64,000 bases of DNA from the human T2T-CHM13v2.0 reference genome, Homo sapiens, in the NCBI RefSeq assembly GCF_009914755.1, contig NC_060936.1. One strand, written 5' to 3'. A program made the position numbers and the translations under genes. Positions 54,072-64,000 of the stretch are shown here, one piece after another (position 1 is the first letter of the stretch; every line of letters starts with the position of its first letter). The notes under the pieces were generated by a model, which worked only from the letters and a program-made list of their open reading frames with translations, was not told the DNA's origin and did no database searches.

Positions 54072-55174
54072 ACCACTGAATTGAGATATTGTTTAAAGAA
54101 ATCATAAGTCATATAAAATAATTTTTACTCAGATTTGAAAATATCTTGGCAAGTTTCACGTTGCTTAAAATCCTAAAATAAATCAGAGATTAAGTTGCTT
54201 CTCCAGTGCAAAAGATCTTTCAATGTCAAGTTCAATCCAGACCTCGTCAGTTCAAGGTATTTGGAGAAGCACTCTCTCTTCATCCTTAAGGGCAAGGCAA
54301 AGTAAGGCTTTCTTTAGAAAATAGAAATTCAAGTCAATAAGAAACAACGTGTTTTTCTGGGAGATGAAATCAGAGTTCAGCTGGTCCTGGTTATAAAGAA
54401 AATGCTAGGATGCTGACCAGAGCCTTCCATACACAGCACAAATGAACCACTAACATGCAAGAACCAAAAGACAAGCTCTGGTTGCCAAGTGTTTAGTTTT
54501 GCCCCATACTGTGAAGATGCATTTAAAATATATTTTCAAAGTATGTTTGAGAAACACCACTGCAGTCCGAGGGAGTGGAGTGATCCCTGGCACATAAACA
54601 TAATCATTCATTTGCCAACTAATCGTACCTCTAATTTTGGATATGTTCTTATTGACAAGCTGCACAGAATACAGTACTTAAAATAAATAAAAATACTGTG
54701 CTTTCCTTTCTTAAACTTTTATGATGCACAGCCAAAGATGATGTATCAAAACAAGCAAATTAGCAACATTTGACTCTTCAAGTTAGAATAAAACAATTTT
54801 TAAGCCAAGTTTTAAAACCTGTCATTTTAAAACTTTGTGAGCATTTAATTACTGTGTAAATTGTACAAATACACTTCCATTAATTACTCTCAGATGTTTT
54901 TAAGTGATAAAAGAACACTACTTTCCATTTTAATTTATATAAACCACTTTCTAATTTCGGTTCAAGTATTTCAAATTTTTATGGTTTCGCTATGGCTTTC
55001 CTTTTTGATTTAATTACATGCAGCTAAAATATCCTTTTTTTCTACTAAAGAGTACTGGAATTCTACCTTTTTTCATGCTAAGAAGTTCACAATCTGCTGA
55101 GAGTACCTATAAATAGCATTAATGATATGAGACAGATACAGTACTACCATTTTATTGTTTAAAAAACAAATCAG

Positions 55175-55500
55175 TTAGGAACTGTTCCAGACTAAAGAGA
55201 CACTTCAAATATATGCAATATTTGATCCCAGCCTGGATCCCGTACCAGAGTGATAAAAATGCTATAAAGGACATTAGTGAGTCAATTCATAGAATTAGAG
55301 TGCAAATGGCATGTTAAAATATCACATGTGTATATATATAAAGGAGAGATCAGGCACATGTGTGGGAGAGTTCAAATGATAAAGAAAATGGAGTTAAGTA
55401 TTAGCAAGAGGTGAATCTGGGTAAGGGGTATATGGTTTTCATTTTACTATTTTTATTCTTGCAACTTTTTGATAAGTTGGAGATTATTTCTAATAAATAG
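55175..55500 (+). mobile_element. Old L1MC/ME 3' UTR fragment
   Basis: ggaactgttccagactaaagaga...gctataaaggacatta...ggtgaatctgggtaagggg...tattcttgcaactttt. Confidence 0.75.
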
Positions 55501-55944
55501 TTTTCTAAAATGGCAGGTTATAAAATTTTTTTCTCAGCACTTTTTTCCCTGGAAAATTCTTTCGTGGATTCACAAGCTTAGTTATGTAACTGTAAATAAA
55601 TGTTTAATATTTACTGCCCTTGGCTTATTACAGTCTTATTTGGTTCCAGCTGAGTCTAGGGAAACCTAAGAGCCTATGCGGCAGCAGGCTTAGCTGGAAC
55701 ATTGGAGAAGTCAAGGAGAAGTCGTGCTTGGGGAGAAAGAGGCCAGGCCTGGCTTCCCTCTCCCCCAGAACCTTTCCTCCCAGCACTAACCGTTGGAAGT
55801 GCTGAGTCTTACTGCACCGAGAGGCGGCAAGTGGTTTGCACTTTGTCAGTGCTACTACATGAATGAGTGAGTGAGCAAATAAAAGAACAACTGCAAGAAC
55901 AATAACCAATCTTTTAAGTTATTTTATGTAAAATGTAGGCAATT

Positions 55945-58145
55945 GACTTTCACTTCTGGGAAAACAGAATAGACATACTTTTTCCTATTCCTACTGCTAA
56001 ACACAACTAAAAAGCCCAGATATTATAAATAAAACAAATCTAAGAAGACTCTGAAAGGTGGTGAGATAAAGGCAGAATGACTAGGAATTTTGGGACTCAA
56101 GGAGTGACACAGTGGTGAGATCTCTGGCTTTTCTCTCTGCTTTATATATCCCAGATTTGGAAATAGGAAAGTCAGCAACTCAAAAATGCCAACAAGGATG
56201 AAAAAAAGAAAAAAATAAAAAGCCCAATGAAAGCCTGCTCTCTCTAGTTAAAGGACAAGGAAAGAGGCAGCCAGATAAAACAGAAAACTTTTAGCCATTG
56301 CTCTACTCTAGCCAAACACCACAGGAAAAAAAAAAAAAACTGGCCCACCACCCATGCCAACAAATGCCAAGTGGAGAGTCTAGACTTTAACCTTCTCTGG
56401 GCTGTTAGGAGCCGATTCAGTTTGCCCCCTACCTGACCTGCCTCCCATTGAGGTGGTATCAGAGAAGGCCAAATAGGGAGCTGGGACATTTATCCCCTCT
56501 GAGTGACAACAAATCCTGTTTTTCCCCTTACCTCCTATGTCAGTGGAGACCACATGCATGGGGAGGCTGGGCTTCTACCTCCACCCAGCAGTAATGAGGC
56601 ATCTCTCCGTCTTCCCCCTGGGTGGAGTCAGGAGAGGCCTAATGGAGAGTCAAGAGTTTTCTCACCAACCAGTGGACATGAGGCAGCCCCGACTCATGTA
56701 GTGTCAGGCAGGCTACAGGAGAGCAGTAACCAGGCACTCTTTTTCCTCCCAGCTAGGAAAGTGTTAGTGGAGACCTAGTGGGGAGTCAGAAGTGCCACCC
56801 CTACCCAGCAGTAACGAGGAGCCTTCCACCATTACCGCATTGGGTATCAACAGAGGCCCACTAGTATATCTGGAATTCGAATCCTACCTGGCATTAACAA
56901 GATGGTGCCCCCACTTCCCTTGTCAGAGAGGTGTCAAAGGAAGACAGCTCAATCTGAAGGTTGAAATAAAATCCAGAGTCTTACAACATAATACCCCAAA
57001 TATTCAGGTTCAATAAAAATTACAAATCAAATAAAGAACTGGGAAGATCTCAAAATGAGTGAAAACTGACAACTGACAGATGCCAACACTGAGATAACAG
57101 CGATGTCAGAAGTATCTGACTAAGATTTTGAAGGAACTATCATTAAAATGCTTCAGTGAGTAATTATAAACATGCTTCAAGGAAATGAAAAAATAGAAAG
57201 TTTCAGCAAAGCAATAGACAGTTTCAACAAGGAAATACAAGATGCAAATAAGAACCAAATAGAAATTTTGGAACTGAAAAATACAATAACTGACAGAAGA
57301 AACCTCACTGGATAGGTTTGAGGAATGGAGGGGACAGAGGGAAGAATCAGTGAACTGGAAGGTAGAAAAATAGAAATGACCAAATCTGAAGTTCAGAGGA
57401 AAACATAGACTGAAAAAGATGAACAGCCTCAAGGACCTGTTGGATTATTCCAAAACATTGAATATTCATGTCATTGGGTTCTGGAAGGAGAGGAGAAAGA
57501 AGGTGAAGCTAAAAAGGGATTTGAATAAATTATTGCTATAATATTTCCAAATTTGTCAAAAGACCTGAACCTATAGATTGAAGAAGCTGAGTAAATCCAA
57601 AACATGATAAAAACCAAAGAAATTCACACCAAGGCATATCAAAAACTTCAGAAAACTAAGACAAAGAAAAAAACTCTTGAAGCCAGCCAGAGGGAAAATA
57701 TGCATTACCTATAGGGAAAAACATAATTTGAATGCCCTTAGATTTTCCATCAGAATCTACGTAGGCCAGAAGGAAGCAGAAAAACATGTTTCAAGTGCTG
57801 AAAGAAAGTGCAGAAGGAAGTAGAAAAACATGTTTCAAGTACTGTCAACCTACAATTTTATATCCACTGAAAATATTGTTCAGGAATAAAGGGGAAATCA
57901 AGGCATTCTCAGAAGAAGGAAAACTAGGACAATTTGTCACCAGCAGATTTGCACTAAAAGTATGGCTCAAGGAAGTTTCCTAAACAAAGGAAATGATAGA
58001 AGAAGAAAATTTGGGACATAGGAAGAAAGAAAGAACATGGTAAGCAAAAATATGGTTAAATAAATAGACTTTCCACACTCTTCTTGAGTTTTCTAAGTTA
58101 CACTGAAGCAAAAATTATAGCACTGTCTGATATGGTTCTAAATGT
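55945..58145 (+). mobile_element. Old L1MD-like 5' end: repeat-containing 5'UTR plus degraded ORF1
   Basis: gactttcacttctgg start; coiled-coil-type A-rich ORF1 remnant; ORF 57786..57983 CQPTILYPLKILFRNKGEIKAFSE...FVTSR..LK.WLKEV is the ORF1 C-terminal domain. Confidence 0.85.
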
Positions 58146-59204
58146 TTGCAGCTACAAGATCTATGAGTTCGCAGCATCTATGCAGAGGAAAGCAATGAAT
58201 TGTCTGATGAACTTGAGAAAAGAAATAAAAAAAAACTTCAGAGGGAAAGACCAAACTAAAAGGAATACATAGAAAATGTAAATTTAGCCATACACATACA
58301 CATACACATAGGTATATACAGATACAGAGGGTGATCCAGTGGACCTCAGAACAATGAAATTGTATACGAAGTCACTTAAGGATGTTTTCAATAGAATGGC
58401 TGTTTGACAAGCCTGAGCTACTTTTCCTGCCCAGGGAAGAACAAATGGCACTGTGAGATATCAGACAAAGCATCCTGCTCAAATCTTCTACCCGATTCCT
58501 GGGCTTCCTACTGTACCTATGACCTGCCCCTTTTAATCCGGGACTACTTAAGTCATTTCAGAAGGCTCAGTCTTGTACAGTTCCCAACAAATATGCCTTA
58601 TACAGAGGATCATAGTCTAACTCAACACTCTAGATAGAGCACCACTCACTCTCTTGTGCAGTCTGACCCTGGTCTGGAGCCTCTGCTCAGTTAGTTATTA
58701 GGCATTAGGCTTCAGCCTGGTTGTGGAGTCCACCTCATGACCTTGTATGGACAGATAGACATCTAACCTGTTCTTGTGAACTGCAGCCTCTTTTGGTAAG
58801 CCACCTGTACTGTCCTCTCTAGAAGAGGGGCATCTGACATTGCTTGTATTGTCCTCCTCAGTGGCCAAAGCCCCATCTCCTCCTGAAACATATTCCTTGT
58901 TGCTGCTTGTCCATGTGAACGTCTAAGCATTGCCTGTTCCTGCTGCTTATAGGGACACCCCATAACCTCACAGTGGAGGCTCCACACCAAAGCTTCCTGA
59001 CCACTGTCAGGCCCTCCAGAGAGCCTATCTTGTGGCAGATGGATTTCCTCTCTTTCCTGCCTCACCTCAGAGGAAGCATCGGATTCCAGATCCATGCCTT
59101 TCCCTTCTGAGTCCATCTGGCTTAATCTAATCAAACATAGGCAGACATGTCCAATGTATGCAGTGGGGAAATCCCACATATTCTCGACTATATTACTTTG
59201 TATA

Positions 59205-59249
59205 ACACACATACAGACACACACAAACACACACAGATACACACACACA
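59205..59249. repeat. Imperfect (CA)n
   Basis: Direct reading. Confidence 0.9.
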
Positions 59250-61926
59250 TTGAACTTTGGAGATGGAAGGGGCCTTAGAAGTTAGACAAAGTGGTGGTTC
59301 CCAGAATTTTAGATTTTCCACATAAGTAGAATGAAGAAAAAAAAAAAAGAGGAAGGGCAAGGAGAGAAAAGGTATTTTGCCCTAACAAGGGACGTCAGAT
59401 TTTACCATTATTTAATAAGAGAAAGGGCATTGTTAACAACGTAGGATAAACAATCTCAGAATGTAAAAATGACATAGATAAACTTTATAAAAAATTCACT
59501 ATATTGTCTTTTTCTTCTTGTTTTCATATTTCACTTGGTCTCACACTCCTGAAAACTTTTTCATAGCCTAAAAATGTTACTCCAACCAGCAATGGGGAGT
59601 CACTGAGCAAGGCCAAGCCTCTTGTTTCATAGATGAGAAAATGATTCATTTATTCAGGATTACTAAACAACCAATGGCCTACTGGGGCGCACCGATTTCT
59701 AGTTCAACGTTTCTTTTACTACATTTGCTAAATTCGGTTTCTGATCATGATAATGATTTCCATTTTGGTGGTGATATCAGCAACAACTATATTTAATCTC
59801 AATTAACCATCTATCTCCTCCAAGGATTGTGAAGAATCAGGGGTTCACATTCATCATTTATAGAGGTCTCACCAGAAGAGGTCTTGCATTTCAAGTAACA
59901 AAAATAGTGTGACTTCAACAGTAACATCCCTGATTATGTATTGTAATAAATAGATACTGCAGCATTGTTTTTGTAGAGATTCTTATTTGGTAAAAATTTG
60001 CTCCTTAAATTGATTACCAAGGTTTGAAGATTTTCTCGTAACTAAGAATAACAGAGCTCACTCTTCAAATTTTTCCATGTCTCGTGTGCATGAATTTAAA
60101 AACTAAGCAGTCAAATGGCATCTCTTTCTAAGCTTATAGCTATTTTTAATTTTTCTCTTTCTCTAGCAATATTATCCAATTTCTACTCTCATATTCTGTG
60201 TTATTTTTGATTAATTCTATCTAGAGATGTTGTTTCAGTTTTTCTCATTCCAGTCTATTTTTCCATTCCTCTCAGCCATGTTTTCCCAAAGTAGCTTAGG
60301 AATTTGCTCTTTGGCACTGAAGTGAATAAATCACCCTTAATCTGGCATGTGAATGCATATCTGATCACATTCTATAATTTTACTTTGAGAACCCTCATCA
60401 ACTATTTCTGCTTCATTAATCCTAAGAAATTTTGGACATTTAGCACAGTGTAATGTGGGTTTTATAAAAGACAAAAAGAGGCATAAATATGTAATCTTAG
60501 CATAAGAATAAGAGAACAAAGTTTTGGAAAGAATAATCCAAGCCACAAAGATTCCTGCCTGTTCAAACAGGACACTCATAATTCCTGCTCTTTTCTTTTT
60601 GGTTTTAGAAAGATACACACAACTCTTGATGAGAAACCAGTTTGCTCACTAGCAAACTTTGCCACACAAAACCAGACAACATGAGGTTTTGATCACAAGA
60701 CTGTTGGAAGGATCAAGTTTTGATCACTTCACAGAGTTGAAAGAAATTAAATATTTTACTAAGTTTTACAATATAACTATACAGGTTAAGTGAACTATAT
60801 AAATTAACTGGATAATTTCCAAATATAGTTTGGAGGTTAAGGAATTTGGCATTAAACAAAAATAAACATTCCAAGTAGGCTATGTAAGAGTGGTGGCACT
60901 AGGCAAGTTACTCGACTGATCAAAGCCACACTTTTCTCTTCAGTATTACCTACCTGATAGAACTGACCATAACAATGGCAATTATAATTAATGAGCATTT
61001 ATGGAAACTTTACTATTCTAGACAGTGTGCTAAGTATTTTAACCCTCAAAACACCTCATTATGATGAGGCTTGAAGTCATTATCACAGCTGGTGAAGCTG
61101 GGGTTTGAATCTAGAACCTCTGACTGTAGAAGCCATGCTCAAAACACCCATTAAAATGGGTATTATTTGAGGTAATGAACATAAAGTGCTTAGTATTATA
61201 TCTGACATTATAAGGGCTTAGAAAAAGTTTGTAGTTATTTTTAATATCAGAATTGTTTGAATTATACAAAAGAAAATTAATATAATAACATTTTAAGGGA
61301 TATTATAGCTTATTACGTGTTCTGGTTAAGTGTTGACATCCTGACAGCCACTAGATTCCTTGAGGACATGCACTGAGTGCCATTTTCTTTCTTAGCCCCA
61401 AATTCTAGTACTGAGTGCCTATTTTAGAGTAGGTCTATAAATATAAGTTGAAATAAAAGTTTTCAGAATGGTCATAAATATTTAATGAAGTCCACATTTA
61501 ATCTATCACAAGCATCGAAACTCCCAAAGAAAATCTGGGCATTAGCAGCTGGCCTAGAACAAAAGTCCCTGTCTCCTTTCGCCTGTATGTAATAAGGGTA
61601 CAGCCCTCATTACTGGCAAGGGTTCCCAAAACTATTATTCTAAGACACATTTAAGATGCAAAGAACTTTGTCTTATTTTTGCCCTTATCAAATTGTATTG
61701 ATTAAGTAACCATCTGTTTCCAAAATTGTAGTGAAGTCATATAAAACAAGGTAAGGGCTGACTGCTCCCTAAATAAAATCATTTGAATAAGACACTGAAA
61801 AGTCTCAAGGGAGTTGGAGTAATTGATTGTTAGGAAATAAAAAAGTTTTGATATCCATTTAATAAATGGATAAATTTGATAAATTTGAAAAAACTTGATA
61901 AATTTACGTTTTAAAAGTGTCTTAAA

Positions 61927-62027
61927 TTTTTTTTTAAGAGGCAGGATCTCACTATACTGCCCGGGATGGACTTGAACCCCTAGGCTCAAGCAATTCTCCC
62001 ACCTTAGCCTCCCAGGTAGCTGGGTTG
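61927..62027 (-). mobile_element. FLAM / free left Alu monomer fragment
   Basis: ggatctcactatactgcccggg...gaacccctaggctcaagcaattctcccaccttagcctcccaggtagctggg. Confidence 0.85.
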
Positions 62028-62210
62028 AAATCCATTTCAAAGTAAAATATATGGTTTTGTCATTTCTAATTCCTAGTTCAACATCAGAATAAAAAATTAT
62101 TTCTTCAAATTATTTTGGTTTATAGCACTCTCTTTCAGTAAATGTCATTCTGATATATCATTCATAAAGTAAATCATTACAGAGATTGTTTAGTCAAATG
62201 ACCCCATTCC

Positions 62211-62271
62211 AGTTTGCTGACTGGAATGAAAGAGAAAATCAGGAATTAACAAGACAATTAAAATTTATTTA
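62211..62271 (+). repeat. 61-bp segment duplicated at 63000-63059
   Basis: agtttgctgactggaatgaaag...caattaaaatttattta; 3 substitutions and 1 indel between copies. Confidence 0.95.
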
Positions 62272-62999
62272 CAAGGCACAAGGAACTTTTGTGTCTTGCT
62301 TATAATCATACAGCCGATTAATGGAAGAACCAATTTATCTCCTGATTTAGGAATTTTCTAGGCATCTGAAGAGGAACTCAGGATGATTGCAGGTTAATGA
62401 GACAAAAGACAAGCTTCAGAACAGTACAAATATTCCAAATCTAAGTGGCATTATGTAATCACCAATATCTGAACACTGTTGTAACTTTAAAACCTTATGT
62501 TTGTCAAGGCCAAATTGGCATGAGATTTTCCTTGTTTTTTTTTTTTTTTGGAAAAAAGAAAGATTAGTTAAAATGATACATAATCAAACACAATCATTTT
62601 ATGCAAATCAACATAGACAACTACTTCAATTACATTTCAGAAAATGTACATGTCTGCTGAAAAACTTTGCAAAAACTTTTGCTGCTGAAAACCTACATGT
62701 ACTCAAATCAATATTTCAAATTTGCTATAAATCTTTCAGTTGTGCACAAACCATTATAAATTAAAGTGAATGGGCTTGAATTTCATCTTGTACAACAGTC
62801 TGTGAGGCTGTTTTTAAAGCCATTGTAATAAAAACCTTAAATCCTTATAGACCTAATTTTTATATGCACAAAAGTTGTTCTCTCTGAACAAATAAATGAT
62901 GGTGATGGACAGCAGATCTCATTAAAGAGGAAATCAAATGCAATAATTATGTAGGCATGTAAAAGACTCTCTTGGCCACCACAAACCTACCCGAAGAAG

Positions 63000-63059
63000 A
63001 GTTTGCTGACTGGAATGAAAGGGAAAACCAGGAATAACAAGTCAATTAAAATTTATTTA
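63000..63059 (+). repeat. 60-bp copy of 62211-62271
   Basis: Direct comparison. Confidence 0.95.
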
Positions 63060-63067
63060 TGCTCCAG

Positions 63068-63534
63068 TGTAGCAGATTGTATTTTCTAAAAATGGCACAG
63101 CAGTATTTCTGGTCCCATATGCTCCTTCTTGAATTTGAGTGGAGCTTTGTGCCTAAATGAATGGAAAGTGGCAGAACAGATTCTGCATCATTTTTAAGGC
63201 TGGGTCATAAAGGAGATAGGGCAGTTTGCCTGATCCCTTTCTCAGGATGCTTGCCATTTGAACTCAGCCATAACTGAGGAAGCGCGAGCCCCTGGAAGAG
63301 GCCACCTAGAGGTAATCGCGCTGACAGCTCCAGCCCAGCCCGACCTGTGAGTCAAGGAGCCCTGGAATGTTTCTAGTTCCCATCTTAGAACTGCCCTAGC
63401 TGACACCAAATGGGGCAGAGATGAGCTATCTCCACTGAGTCCAGCCTAAATTGCAAATTCAGGAGCAAAACAAATGTTGTCATCATAAGCCACTACTTTC
63501 ATGGTTTGCCACTTGTTTATTGATAACCAGAACA
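63068..63534 (+). mobile_element. Old MLT1 (G/H-like) solo LTR
   Basis: tgtagcagattgtattttctaaaaatggc...gataaccagaaca; perfect TSD tccag at 63063-63067 and 63535-63539. Confidence 0.85.
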
Positions 63535-64000
63535 TCCAGGTTTTGAAAGGTACAGTCAGGAAGGAAAAATTAATTTTTATTTAATTCTTTATTGGCTTTC
63601 AACTGTCTCCACATTTTTAAATTTTCATTGAAGGGCAGGATAAGTAAAGACCAATGTAAACCTTCAGTGTGCTGGATTCAACAGAGAAAGCCCTCAAATG
63701 AAAGCCTGACACCTCAACATTCACATGTGGGACACAGACACAACATTACCATCCAAAAACATCAGATATTAGTATAATAGAGTCCCTAGGCTGAGCCTAA
63801 GTAAAACCCTAATCAAAGGAGACCCTACCTTCAACAGCCTCATTCTTTGCTTCCTGCTCCTTTCAGCCTCACTGTTCCCAAGGCACCTGGTTCTTCCTGG
63901 CAGCAAAACAGCTGGAAATTTGAGTCACACTAAGGCAGCGTGGAATATTTAAGCAGTCTTCTCAGATGACTTATGGGGGAAGAGGAGAAGCACAAGGAGA

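Noticed and set aside
58763-59248. 161-aa minus-strand ORF
   Set aside because: Starts in a (TG)n tract at a non-ATG codon, runs through probable decayed LTR sequence and has no recognisable domain

Overview
AT-rich, CpG-poor primate (human-like) intergenic or deep-intronic DNA. I see no CpG island, no recognisable host protein-coding exon, no RNA gene and no CRISPR array. Roughly half of the window is transposon fossils: young and old L1 fragments (which explain all the long ORFs with recognisable protein similarity), Alus, ERVL/MaLR/ERV1 solo LTRs, Tigger/hAT DNA-transposon remnants, MIR and L2, with several multi-level nestings whose target-site duplications (TSDs) can still be read. Subfamily names come from my recall of consensus sequences and need RepeatMasker/Dfam confirmation. 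I found no convincing new biological system. The most unusual structures are: (1) a 31-bp templated insertion inside an Alu, apparently copied from an old L1 4.7 kb away; (2) a rearranged L1 with an inversion, no 3' end and no TSD, possibly a recombination product of two inverted L1s; (3) an ancient ~520-bp local direct duplication; (4) a ~60-bp dispersed duplication; (5) an MLT2A LTR with an intact TATA-to-splice-donor module, plus a few candidate lncRNA exons and enhancer-like unique blocks.
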